DNA of 64,000 bases from Podospora anserina (lineage: Eukaryota): assembly GCA_017654855.1 (NCBI GenBank), contig CM030332.1, positions 2,108,001 to 2,172,000 of the forward strand, read 5' to 3'. The notes under the pieces were generated by a model. It did no database searches, had not been told where the DNA came from, and worked only from the letters and a program-made list of their open reading frames with translations. Below, one piece after another: positions 49,235 to 60,713 of the stretch. Every line of letters begins with the position of its first letter. The first letter of the stretch is position 1. A program made the position numbers and the translations under genes.

Positions 49235-52200
49235 TCACATCACACCACCAGTACGCCCAGCATCATCAGCACCACCACCACTACTAGACCCTCTCCTCCT
49301 GATCCTCGCGATAATCGCCGGCCTCCTCACCCGCGGACGACCAACAACCGCATCAGCCATCGCAGCAACAACACCAGACTGCGCACCACCAGCAACACCA
49401 CCACGAGGAGGCGGAGACCGACCAACACCACCACCACCACCCCTCCTCTCATCAATAACAACCACCGCCCCCTCCCTCTCCCACCGCCTCCGCACCCCCC
49501 CAGGCGCAGCCCACCGAGCCTGCACCGATGGCCCCAGCGGCGGTTCCTTTCCCCCATCCTTGAACCAATCCACCGGTTGTTTGTTCTTCGTAGACTTCTT
49601 CTCCGGAGTCCCCAGCCTCATCTTACTCATTACCTTCCTCAACCCATCCAAACTGTCCTGGTCGGGGGTGTATAATGCTTGCTGAGGTGGAACTACAAGC
49701 TCGTACCTCTGTCTCTGTCTGGGACCAACCGGTGTGAGGACCCGCCGGGTAGTTCTCCTTCCTGCTGGCTGCAACGGGGCAGGGGTGGAGGGGGGGACAG
49801 GGGTGAGGTGGAGGCCTGCTACTTTTGGGGTGAGGACTTTGATGATATAGTCGTCGGTAGGGCCTGGGCGGGAAGGGGTGGATGGGGGAGGGGCAGGGGG
49901 GGCGATGACTGCTCCTGGGGGGAGGATGTTGCTTTGGAAGTGGAAGACTGGGGGGGGAGGGGGGGCGTCGTCGTCGGTTGCTGCTGCTGCTGCGGCGACG
50001 GCGGCGATGTAGGAGGGGGGTGGTTGCTGGGGGGCTGGGGAGGGGAGGTTTGGGTTTGTTGAGGGGAGGGGGGCCGCGGGGATGTGGGCTTGCGGGGTGC
50101 GGGAGGATTCGCCTTGGGTTTCGGGTTTGCGGCGGAGGAGTTTGGCTCGTGGTTGGGTTGGGTCTATGGGGTTGTGGCGGCGGACGAGTCTGGTTGTTTG
50201 GCGCCCGGGGCGGCGGGTGGGTGTGCTGGCAAAGGGTTGTTGGGGTTGTTGGGGTGCTTGGGGGGTTGTCAGGTCGGGAGCAAGCGGAAGTGGCGGAGGT
50301 GGCGGAGGAGCAGGAGGAGCAGGAGGAGCAGTAGGTGTTGGTGGTGGTGGTGGTGGTGGAGGAGGAGGCTGTTGCGGTTGCTGAGCCGACTCGGCTGCTG
50401 GTTCAGGTTCTGGAGGTACTGGAACCGGTGCCGGGTTTGCAACCGGGACAATGGGGACAACGGGCGCTTCGCCAGCTGGCTCGTTAAAGAACTGCTCGCA
50501 CCACTTACGCACATCGGCGTTCCTCTGCCATTCCCATTCCGACTTCACCTCACGATCAATCGCTTGTTTTAACTCGTGAAATGCTGGTCGTTGTTCAGGC
50601 TCTTCTAGCATGCAGGCGACAACGAGGTCGAGCAGCACACGGTCATAGATCCCGTCCCATATTTTGCCTTGGAGATAACCACCATAGCCCCAGAGCTTCC
50701 TCATTTTGGGTTGACCGGTTTTGGGGTCCAAAACAGGGTTGCCAGTATCCGGATCGGTGACCTCCTTCTCAAAGCACTCATATGGTACTGGAGAAAAGGG
50801 CAGTTTGCGAAGTGTTATCAGCCCCCACATAACCAGACCAACATGATAGAGGTTGGTTTTGTACGAGTATTTGCCGGCAATACTAGACTTCTTTTCCGGG
50901 TCTGTTTCTTCAGCGGGTAGGAATCCCGTGATGTAGTCCCACTCCTCGGTAAACTGCTCTGGTAACAGCCATCCCAACCAATATTTACCTCTTGGCCGGG
51001 ATATGTGCATCAGCTTGGGATCGTTCCGCATTGCATTCCTCATGAAAGTTGTCATTCCAAAGTCTGCGAGCTTTATGATGGGCACCATCGTGTGAGTGAT
51101 ATCCGAGTCATTGTCCGCAAAGTCGCCAACAAACAGATTTGTCGCATCGAGGTCGAAATGAACCAAGTCTGGGCTCATTTCGTACTCGCTGGGGGGGAGG
51201 ATTTCGTTGATGGGATACTTTCCCAGGTGGCGATGAGTGCTATTATATAGCTCCTCTTGGAACCGTGGGGGGTAGGCCAGAGCGAGAGCGGCCTTCAACA
51301 AGCAGTCGAATATCAGCCATAGTACCTTTTCTGGTAACGCTTGTCCGAGCAGGCTCATCCGGCCAATCCAGCTTTCGAGACCGCCCCTCCGCATCATTTC
51401 CAGGATGAGAGTCGGACCATTGTCGTCCACTTTCCCAATGTTGCTCCTCTCGACCGTCCTGTCCTGAGGATAGTTCCAGTGATGAAAGGCCTGTACAGGA
51501 TAGCCTTTAGCCCCCGTGCCATCGTCTGTATCGGTGCTGCCATCCGGATCATCGTCCGGGGGCGGCGCCGGTGGTGGGGCAGGTGTCGGTGTGATGGTCC
51601 TTCTCGATGGTCCAGCTTTCGACACGAGTCCTCCAGCCTTTGATACGAGTCCTCCTCCGGCCTTTGACACAAGTCCTCCAGCCACGACCCGCGGATCAAC
51701 ACCTGGTAATGGTGCCGTGTTTTTCTTTCTTTCCGGAGGGCGCAAGTAAACCCTTTGTGTGATATGTCGTGCCCGTGCCAGATATCGGTGCATCTGCTTC
51801 TCATTTTCCAGCTCATTGCCCGATATAGCATTCAACGCGTACTTGAAGACCACGTCTCTGGTCCGGCCCTTCAAGTCCTGGATCGTGTACATGGCAGCGA
51901 GCCCGTTCCCACCAAACCCAAGGAACTTTCTGAAGCCAATTTGCGCCTGCGGCGAGACGATGTACAAGGGAATGTTTTCGAGTTCCTTCTGGATCTCCTC
52001 GGGTAAATTGGACACACCTTTGTCTCCCAGGTCAAACTTGGGAAGACTCTGAATGTTTATCATTGAGTTTTTCTGCTTGTCATTTTCGTGGCCGGGAGCC
52101 TTGCCCGGCAGGGGAAGGTCGTAGTTTCTCCATAGCTCAGGTTGATCGCACTCCTCTTCCCACAGCCTTTGTTTTCCAAGGCGGTAGTAGACGAGGGAGG

Positions 52201-52318
52201 TTGCATTGCGCTGACGATAGAGGTGGAGCTTTCTCATATAATCGGGGTCGCGGTCCCTATATCTACGGTCGATGAGGTACCCGGGCTGACCGGCTTCTTT
52301 GCTGACTGCTGGCGGCAT
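49235..52318 (-). CDS. Protein kinase-like protein with long Pro/Gln-rich C-terminal region (about 1030 aa, single ORF)
   Basis: Gly loop FLGFGGNGLA, VVFK lysine, ELENEK helix C, catalytic loop VHFDLDATNLFV, KLADFG, LPEQF, EEPEQRP. First ATG at 52318; the ORF track begins at TTG 52327. Confidence 0.85.
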   Translation of the reverse strand: MPPAVSKEAGQPGYLIDRRYRDRDPDYMRKLHLYRQRNATSLVYYRLGKQRLWEEECDQPELWRNYDLPLPGKAPGHENDKQKNSMINIQSLPKFDLGDKGVSNLPEEIQKELENIPLYIVSPQAQIGFRKFLGFGGNGLAAMYTIQDLKGRTRDVVFKYALNAISGNELENEKQMHRYLARARHITQRVYLRPPERKKNTAPLPGVDPRVVAGGLVSKAGGGLVSKAGGLVSKAGPSRRTITPTPAPPPAPPPDDDPDGSTDTDDGTGAKGYPVQAFHHWNYPQDRTVERSNIGKVDDNGPTLILEMMRRGGLESWIGRMSLLGQALPEKVLWLIFDCLLKAALALAYPPRFQEELYNSTHRHLGKYPINEILPPSEYEMSPDLVHFDLDATNLFVGDFADNDSDITHTMVPIIKLADFGMTTFMRNAMRNDPKLMHISRPRGKYWLGWLLPEQFTEEWDYITGFLPAEETDPEKKSSIAGKYSYKTNLYHVGLVMWGLITLRKLPFSPVPYECFEKEVTDPDTGNPVLDPKTGQPKMRKLWGYGGYLQGKIWDGIYDRVLLDLVVACMLEEPEQRPAFHELKQAIDREVKSEWEWQRNADVRKWCEQFFNEPAGEAPVVPIVPVANPAPVPVPPEPEPAAESAQQPQQPPPPPPPPPPTPTAPPAPPAPPPPPPLPLAPDLTTPQAPQQPQQPFASTPTRRPGRQTTRLVRRHNPIDPTQPRAKLLRRKPETQGESSRTPQAHIPAAPLPSTNPNLPSPAPQQPPPSYIAAVAAAAAATDDDAPPPPPVFHFQSNILPPGAVIAPPAPPPSTPSRPGPTDDYIIKVLTPKVAGLHLTPVPPSTPAPLQPAGRRTTRRVLTPVGPRQRQRYELVVPPQQALYTPDQDSLDGLRKVMSKMRLGTPEKKSTKNKQPVDWFKDGGKEPPLGPSVQARWAAPGGVRRRWEREGAVVVIDERRGGGGGVGRSPPPRGGVAGGAQSGVVAAMADAVVGRPRVRRPAIIARIRRRGSSSGGGADDAGRTGGVM

Positions 52319-52923
52319 CTTGTTCAATATTGGTGATCAGACTGGTGATGGCGCTGTTGGGAGATATATGGCCTTGCGATTAGCCCGCGCCACATCTATG
52401 GAGGCGGGCGAAGAATGCAGCAGACTGTTGATTTTCTTATGGAGTGGTTAATGTCATCAAGCATGTTTGTGTCTGAGATTTGCTGTAAGATAGGTGCCAA
52501 GGCCGTTTGAACAAAGACAACATCGGGACAAACCTTTACAATGAATTCGCGTCAATCATGCCGCATCCGGATGTCGGATGTTGAGGCTACCACAACAAAG
52601 ACAATCACTGTCGTCTTAATTAGGCACGCCTTCATGTATAGTCCAGTGCTCACCTGCCGAGGCACCGGACAATGAAACTGACCTGATGAGAACAAGCCCG
52701 AGGTTGTCCTAGTACCTTAGCTTATCGTCACACGACATCCAAAAATAGCAAGCTGTGTCACTCCTCTATCCCAGTAGCAAAGTGACAACAAATATACGCA
52801 ATGGAAGACTTACTCAAAGCAATACATTTACTCAAAGCTCACAAAGAGCAACATATACACAACTTCCCATCCCACCCCCTCCCAACCACCACACCTATGC
52901 CCCCAAATTCCACCTCCCACAAC

Positions 52924-54148
52924 CTAAATATACTCCCTCAAGATATTATTATAATTCACATACCCCGTCCCACTAGGCGGCTCAAAGCTAAACATGTAAT
53001 CCCCCCACCACGGACCCCCAGCCCACCACAACGCCCCCTGCCAAACATCACTATTCGCCTTCAAGTGATCCAGCAGTCCCCTAACGGCCTGCTTGCAAAC
53101 ATCGTTCGGCCCACCAGCAAACTCGCCCAAGATCCCCTTCTTGTTGTTCGCCCTCAACCAGGCAGTAGCGCCCACCACCCTCTGTGCCCCAATCTGCGCA
53201 TTCACACACGCCGGCGCTGTCCCCGACCCGTCAGAGTCCAGGTACTGATGCATCTGGTAGATAATCTTGTTCTCCGGGTCCGTCAGCGCGACGAGGTTGG
53301 TGTTGGTGACGTTCCAAGTCCAGGCTCCGGACCAAGAGTTGCCCTCGACCCAGATGTACTGCTCCTTTGCGCCCGCTGCACGGATGCCGTTGATGGCGGC
53401 TTGGTTGAGCTGGAGGACCAGGTCCTGGGACATGGTGTGGTACTCGTTGTTGGTGTCAAAAATAACACGGGGGTTGTTCACGAACTGAGTGGCGAGGTTG
53501 CGCCAGAAGGTCTGGAAGTCGGCCGTGTTGGTGATGATGTTGCCGAAGTAGCGGCCGTAGTTGTGGGGGTCGAGCACGGCGTAGGCGCCGGCGTTGGTGA
53601 TGAAGTTGATGGAGTCGGTGAAGTTGCGGAGGTAACCCGCGTCGAACGAGTTGGTCAGGCCGTTTTGGGCGAGACGCTCCATGGCGAAGCCGACGCGGAA
53701 GGTGTTGTAGCCTTGGTTAATCAGTGTCTATACCGCTTGTCAGCCACATCTCCTTTCCATCATGTGTCCAAGAGCTTCCTACCCTGATGGCATTATTGTC
53801 CGGAAAGATAAAATGCGTCCCCCAAACACCAGGATACGTCTTCTCTCCAAACTCGCCACCAGCCTGGTTGGTACCGAACCACTTGAACTTGCCCGGGGCC
53901 AAGGTAGGGGTAGCAGCCGCCGAGGTCGTCGCAGCACGGGTGGTCGATGTCACGAGGGTCGTTGGCTGAGGGGCAGCACCGGGTTGGCACTGGCTGTACC
54001 ACTGGTTGACAAAGACACAAGTGTGCCCAGAGACACAGGTCGTCGCGCCAGACCAGTTCTGACCGCCGCACTGGGCCCAGGCACCGGCTTGAGCAGCCGC
54101 GCCAGCCGCCAGAGTGGCGACGGCACCGGCAATGATGGAGCCCTTCAT
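52924..54148 (-). CDS. Endo-beta-1,4-glucanase, GH5 (subfamily 5-like) with N-terminal CBM1; exons 54148-53783, 53727-52924
   Basis: Signal peptide, CBM1 [33 protein letters not shown], Thr-rich linker, [12 protein letters not shown], acid/base [19 protein letters not shown], nucleophile [20 protein letters not shown]. Confidence 0.96.
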
Positions 54149-54227
54149 CTTGTCGTGGAGTTCACTGGGAGCAAGACAGGTTGGTCAACAAAACATCTTC
54201 CTGGCAGACGGGGGAACATACTCGCGC

Positions 54228-54234
54228 TTTTATA
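54228..54234 (-). promoter_or_regulatory. Candidate TATA box of the GH5 gene
   Basis: TATAAAA on the minus strand about 80 nt upstream of the ATG at 54148. Confidence 0.55.
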
Positions 54235-54965
54235 CCCTTCCTCTCCCCCCCCCCAACAACCTTCCATCTCTTCAACCGCCCTTGTCGGAGTGGAGATGGG
54301 ACCGTTAGCGATGCGGCTCTCGCCATCTCGGCATCACGGTCCCCTTCGATTTGGCAGGGGAGAAGCCGTTGAAGCATGGTGATTTCCGGGGAAGTCGCCT
54401 TGTTCAGTGGAGCGACGTTGCATCGTGCATTGCTAGACGCAACTCGAGGCGGTCCCTGACATCCCGGAGGGCGGTAGAGGCGAACCCGGATACCGGAACG
54501 GGAATGAATCACCTCACCTTCAAGGGAATTCTGCTGTCTTCTTCCGCGTTGATTGAATGACGAATGACGCGTGCGGAAGAATGGCTTGCGTTGCGCTGTC
54601 CTGTGGTGAGTTGGGCCCGCGGTCCGGAAACGCCCAGCAGTTTTCACCACGGACGAAGGTCTTCCGTTTGTCGTCTTTGGCACAAACGTCCGTGCCAAGA
54701 CCCACGATCAAGATTTGCCCAGGACACTGACAAATGCTTGTCATGGTCGGTTAACATGTGCCGCGGATTCAGGGGCAAGACAACGAGAAGATCGACTGGA
54801 TGTGCATATCAACTACTCTCTCTTCATCAAGAAGATGAAGACAGCAAATGTCCCGAATATCTACTCTGATTAGCAGTACAGGATTACAGGGTGTATGCCA
54901 CAGACATAGATACTGCGATACAACCCATTTCTTCCTCCTGACGTCTCAAGACTCTCACTGTTCCA

Positions 54966-56746
54966 TCACCATCCGGTCCATCCACTTCCAACCCGTCTTG
55001 AATATATCTTGTCGAACAAAAGCGTGCATCTCCTCGCAAGTTCACTGCCGACATACTCCATCTCAGTCTTTCCTCCCGTGTCAAACCGCAGCCGACTAAG
55101 CTTCTTGCTGTCAAACTTCTCCCATCGAGCCGTTCCTTGGGCCCGCTCTGTGTTGGGATCAAATGTCTTGATAAAGCTGATCCAGTATTTCTGAATTACA
55201 TCAACGGCGTTTTCGTTGAGCTCTCCCTCTCTATACGTTCTTGGTGCATTGATGTACGGCTCTAGAACATACTCTGGTCCAAACAACGCAGATATCTCGC
55301 TGACATGAGGGACGCCGAGTCCTGCTGCAATCTGGTCGGGATCCTCGACGTTCCAACGATAGTTCCACGCGTTGTTGAAGCCATGGTCTGGGAAAGCAGA
55401 GCTCATGTAGATGCTAGGGCACATGTAGCGCATGTCACCGTATACTTGGCTGAGTTGCTCTCTCCAACAGTCTCTTGCGGGGCATCTGTCTTGCTCCTTC
55501 ACCGTGTTCTTCCACGCCTTGTTGAGCAACCACAACTTTCTGAGTGTCAAAAAGGGGTATTGGGTCCTCATCCATCGATTGCTGTGGGCGACAGTCGAGG
55601 TGAAGGGAGAAGTGAAGATGCTGCCACCATTGGTATCGTCACCCCAGATGACTGGCACCTTGATAAACCTTCCTTGCTTGAACGCTTCGATGAGAGGTAG
55701 GCTGAACATGTCGTAGTCGATCACGGGTCCCCACATAAACAAGGGGTTGAGTGATTGGCCAGGGTATGGTGTGCCAGAGCCATGCATCTGAATCTCTCGG
55801 TACGGCTTCTTGCGTAGACAGGTGAGTACAGCCTCCGAGCTGTTGCTGACGCAGCCGATGCGGACGACAAGATCTTGGAACTGGTAACGGGCTTCTTTGG
55901 CGGTGATAACATGACCCCAAGCCGCTGACTCGCCGGCGCCAGCGTGGAAAAGGTCTTGATCACGGCCGCCATATGCGGTGAGGTGCCAGGCGATACTTGA
56001 GGCGCCGGCGGATGCACCACCGAGGACAACATGGTCTGGGTCACCACCAAACTGGGCAATGTTCTTCTTGACCCTGCATAGATGAAGAGGGTCAGTACAT
56101 GGGCACACATGACCATCAGTGTCAGACATACCACTTCAAGGCTTGTCGTTGGTCTCGCAATCCATTGTTGGGAGTTAGCTTGTCGCCGTCCACGAGGAAT
56201 CCCCAAGGGCCGACTCGGTAATTCAAAGTGACGACAACGATGCCCATCTCGCTCTTCTTGACCAGGCCGGTGCCGTTCAGGCGAGGATGGGAGTTCGCAT
56301 TAAACCCTCCACCTTGAATGTAGACGAAGACAGGCAGCTTAGACACCGGGTGTGCTCTGCTGGGAGCATAAACATCGAGGAAGAGACAGTCCTCGGAGTA
56401 ATTGGCCTCATTATTTTGGCTGGGAAGAACCCCAGTTGGGAGGCAGATTGGACCATGCTTGGAGAAGCATCAGTATCAATGCCCAGAAAACAAAGACCAA
56501 CAGGAAGATATATACCTCGTAGGCATATTGCGTGCCGTTCTCTGGGAGAGGGTCAACTGGGGGCTGGAACCGAAGTTCCCCAAGAGGAGGGGCAGCGTAT
56601 CGGATTCCCAACCAGTGGGAGACACCACAATCGAGAACCCGGCCGATGTGGTCCCCATTGCTGAGCTTGACGCGGGGACTAAGGCCCCAGGTCTCGAGAG
56701 GAGAAAGCAACAGGAGGAGGCAGGCGACGGCAATGGTGGCGAACAT
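54966..56746 (-). CDS. Secreted type-B carboxylesterase/lipase (alpha/beta hydrolase); exons 56746-56516, 56457-56132, 56073-54966
   Basis: Signal peptide; WLGIRYAAPPLGELRF; SEDCLFLDVYAP; VYIQGGGF oxyanion hole; LNYRVGPWGF; FGGDPDHVVLGGASAG nucleophile elbow; GVPHVSE catalytic His region. Confidence 0.92.
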
Positions 56747-59667
56747 CGCGAGGAACCAATTAATGTTTTTGGCCCGGCGAGGATCTCGTTGGGCGGTGGT
56801 GGTGGTGTTGGGGGAGAGAAGATGACGGGCCCCCCAGCCCCCAAGTCTAAGAACAAGTCCCAGGAGAACGCTTGCAAACAGGTTTATCTTGCTGGTTGTG
56901 CGCGAGCAGACGCAAAATCAATTGGGCGGCAGGAGGAATCACTTACTTGTAGCACCGCGGGCACGCGCGTCAGCCAGCGTGTGGGTACGGCAGGCAGCAC
57001 AATGTTCCGGACGCAGTGGACCATGGGGAAGCCATGAGGAAGCAGTTGTACGTAAGTTCCTTTCATACTAGAGTACACACCGCATATTCAAGTGATCACG
57101 GCCTCGAGGTTCATATTCAGGTAGGCAGGCACGACAGTCTTTGTGCAACTTGGCACTGGGTCATGGAGCACAAGGTCCTCGATGGTCCCCATGGTCAAGC
57201 TGGTCGAGTATGGCGAGGCCTATCGTGGCACCATCTACTGAACAGATCTCTGATAGAGGTAGGTATCTAAAGGGCAGCACAGCCTCCTCATGATATTCAA
57301 ATCTGGAAGCTGGAGGATAAGTGATGCCAGTGTTTGTAATATTATATGCTACCTCCTATAAATAGGCACTCAACAAATAAATATCTATTCCCGACAACAG
57401 CCAGATCTCTGAGTATCACTACCTTCAATACTTCTGCTTCACAATCACTTGAGCATGTTCCATGACGGAAACATGACTGCGTTTCAGTCAGTCGACGTGT
57501 TGAGAAGGTGCGGATGGATGGTTGATGCATGACCCAACCGGAGCAAGTAGTGGCAGTCCTATCCTATCTTCCGGTGCCGTTCATATGTCAGAACAATCCG
57601 CTCAGGCCTGACCCAATACCTGCTAACAAGGCAAGCTTCGGCCTAATGAGCTTGAATCCATATCAATTCGTGTACCTACCGGTACCTATGAGGTTCAGCC
57701 ACAGTTGCTTCAGCCGATGGGCAGGGCAGGCTACAAAGAAATGGATGCTGGACAGGATAGACCTGCCCTCATTCATGACAGGGAAAGGGACATTGCTCGG
57801 AGAAATTGATGATGTGAGTTTTGAAGTGAAAGAGCAAGCCTAATTGCCTGATCAGTTCCGATGTGGGCCAGCCTTGAATACAAAGAAGGAAAGACATGAC
57901 TGTTTGGGAAGGCTGTCTCTTTGGATTCATTGAGAACAGTGGGTCCCACAAATGTCGCCTATGTTCCTCGTGACTTATGGTGTGGGACAGTGGAAATGGT
58001 CACTGGCGCGCAAAGGGAGGCAAAACAGATGGTGAGAAAGTAATGATGTGGAAAAGAAAGCTACAAAAGTATGCGAAATACAAGCCCTAACCAGAGTAAC
58101 CAACGTGTGGGCTTGACATAAAAGGTGGGACCAGGTGAACTGGGAGCAACCACAAATGGTTTTAAGTGAGGTGGTCGCCGAGGCTCCTTTCATCGCTCAT
58201 CAAGGTAGAGTACACAGTTAATATCGATTCAAAGTAAAGTCCATAGAGGCCACTATTCGTGGAAGCGAAGGGGCAGGAGCTCTGGATAGGCTGTCTCCAA
58301 CGTGTCTGTTTGAGTTGGGCCGAAGTCTGAATGAGGCTCTACCACTCGACTTTGGCATATTTTTCATATCATGAATTATATCATCACGAAGTTCATATTA
58401 TAATCTTTATTCCTGTCTCAGAATCGTCTCATCATCCAGACCCTAAAGGCTACCCAATCACTAGATGTTGGAACAAGCTCAGCATTTGTTTCACACACCA
58501 CGCAATCTCGGAACTTGACGAGTACGCTAGAAGAACACAAGTGTGGTGCGTGGCCGCGGCTGAACATCAAATACCGGTGATATCGACATGGCTACTGCAT
58601 ATCGTGGCAAGTAGAGGATTAGATAGGGTAAGACTTAGCGAATGATCCAAAGTGCTGACCCGAGGGAGTGGTTGGGCGGGCGGGTACACTAGACAACAGC
58701 GCCATCCAGGGGTACCACGAGGCCGGAAGGGAGCGCCGAACGGGAGTGGCATTCATCACCCACCAAGATCACTCATCATCATGGGCCCATCAGAAAGCCG
58801 CTGACCGACAATTCATCAATTCATCGTACCATCCGATGACCTTCGGAGCGTAACCCGGCAGCAAATATTGGTGATGGGAATTTTTGTTGTCCCAGCGGAG
58901 AAGGGGGAAGTCGTCGACCGATCTAGAACGCCTCCTTGCAGCACGCTTGCATGTGGTGTGCATGAGACACCCTTGACTGTCGCCAATCTGGTCAGGGCAA
59001 ATGCCAACCGGAGCTCTGGCCGATGCGGGGAAGCAACAGAAGCAGCAGAGACCAGATGACAGCTGAACGAACCCCTTGGCGCGCGTGCCATTCCCCGTCG
59101 CATGTCCGCGAGGTCCCAGTCCCGCGGAATTCAGCGCCACCAGCAACGACAAGCAACGACAAGCAACGGCATGACCGCCAGCGCCAAGTCCAGGGCTGGC
59201 CAATCGTATCGCTGACACCTTACGGAGATGTAGGTTTCGGTACTGCATCGAAGACAGGAACAGGTACCTCCTCCGCCTGCATCCCTGACAGCCCTTCGCC
59301 ATCAGAACCGACATCTACTACCATCAATATGGCACTTTTCGGCTCGGTCTGTGGGGGGGGGGGAGAATGGAACATGTTTGTTGATGTCCTTTCTCAGTTT
59401 TCATCTTTAAAAGGGAGGGGGGCTCCCCACTTTGTTGGATCCCCTCTTATCATTGATGCCGGTTGACGATCTTCACCAATCCTCTGCAACACTGCGTCAT
59501 AAGCCAGGGGTGAATTGTACCACCGACGTACCTCTGGCCCCCTTCTACGTCACGGTCCCTTAAGCGATATCAACAACACCAGCACCACACAAATAGTGGT
59601 GATGGAACACAACGAGCTTTCAACTTCATCTTCCACTTCATCAAACAACAGACAGCTGGCCGCAAAC

Positions 59668-60713
59668 ATGGAGGTAATTTGCTCCCGCGGGCTCTTTTAG
59701 CCAGCGAATGGGTTGGCAGGGCTATTCGCCGTGTTTTGGGAACAGAGTCTGACTTGTCTCGTAACCAGGCTCCAATGTATCAAACATATCCCCAGGACGC
59801 CTTTGCCTGTGGCCAGTGGTCCAACAGGCCAAGCTTCCCCCCGACGTTTCCAGCATCGAATCCCGCCGCACAGTTCGACGGCATGTGGCACGATGAACTA
59901 CAGCACCCGATGACAACCTACGACATGCCAACAATGTTCCAAACATCCGATGACGTCGTCTGGCCCATGCAAGAGCAGCCTGCTGGAGGCTTCTCCCAGC
60001 CGTCATCCGCATCTCCCGTTGGATATCAAGGACAAGACGCAGAGTGGAGCTCGATACCATCACAAGACACCGGCTACGCTTCAGGAACCTGGATGTCAAA
60101 CGAACAGATCCAACCGGTGCCGTCTCCCCTGTCAGAAGCCCCGTCATTTAACAACTACACCTTCAACCACAAGACACCCAGCGACTACGAACCTCACTCG
60201 GCCACCTCCACCGCCCCTTTGACATCCCAGAGCTCCTTTGACACTCGGGAGTCGGCCTCGCCCGCCGCTAGCACCGCAGCCCCAGTTTCAAAACCTAAAG
60301 GCAAAGGCAAAGGAAAGGCCGCCGTCACCAAACCCTCCAAGAAAGGCACAGAAGCCTCCTCCAAATCCCGGGGAACAAAGAGAAAATCTCCCGCTCCGTC
60401 CACGAAATCCACCTCAAGTTACAACAGCAAGCCACCACCACCATTTCTGGGCATCTTTCCTCCCGATGTCGACCCCCGGGAGGCTTCAGCCAAGGTGCAA
60501 CGCGAAGCATGGGAGAGGTGCAAGAACGAGGCCATGGTCATGTCGCAAAGACGGCTCCTGCTATTGGACCACGAGCGTGGTGCATTAGAGCGGGAGACAC
60601 AGAAATTGCAAGACAACCTTGCCTTGATGAGAGAAGCAGCTGCGAGGGAACACGGGCAACTGAAGGAAGCTGTGAAGAAGGCCGAGAGGTTGAATGCGAG
60701 GGGGTATTACTGA
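59668..60713 (+). CDS. Uncharacterised protein: S/P/Q-rich N-terminus, Lys-rich segment and C-terminal coiled coil; exons 59668-59673, 59769-60713
   Basis: CAAACATGGAG|GTAATT donor, CTGAC branch and CAG acceptor at 59768 join in frame to ORF 59679-60713. C-terminal heptads (LLLLDHERGALERETQKLQDNLALMRE). An in-frame upstream ATG near 59602 is possible. Confidence 0.75.

Noticed and set aside
49660-50400. Strong G-rich/GGT skew and overlapping Gly-rich plus-strand ORFs
   Set aside because: Explained by the proline codons of the kinase tail on the minus strand.
52801-53787. 328-aa plus-strand ORF
   Set aside because: Antisense shadow of the codon-biased GH5 gene.
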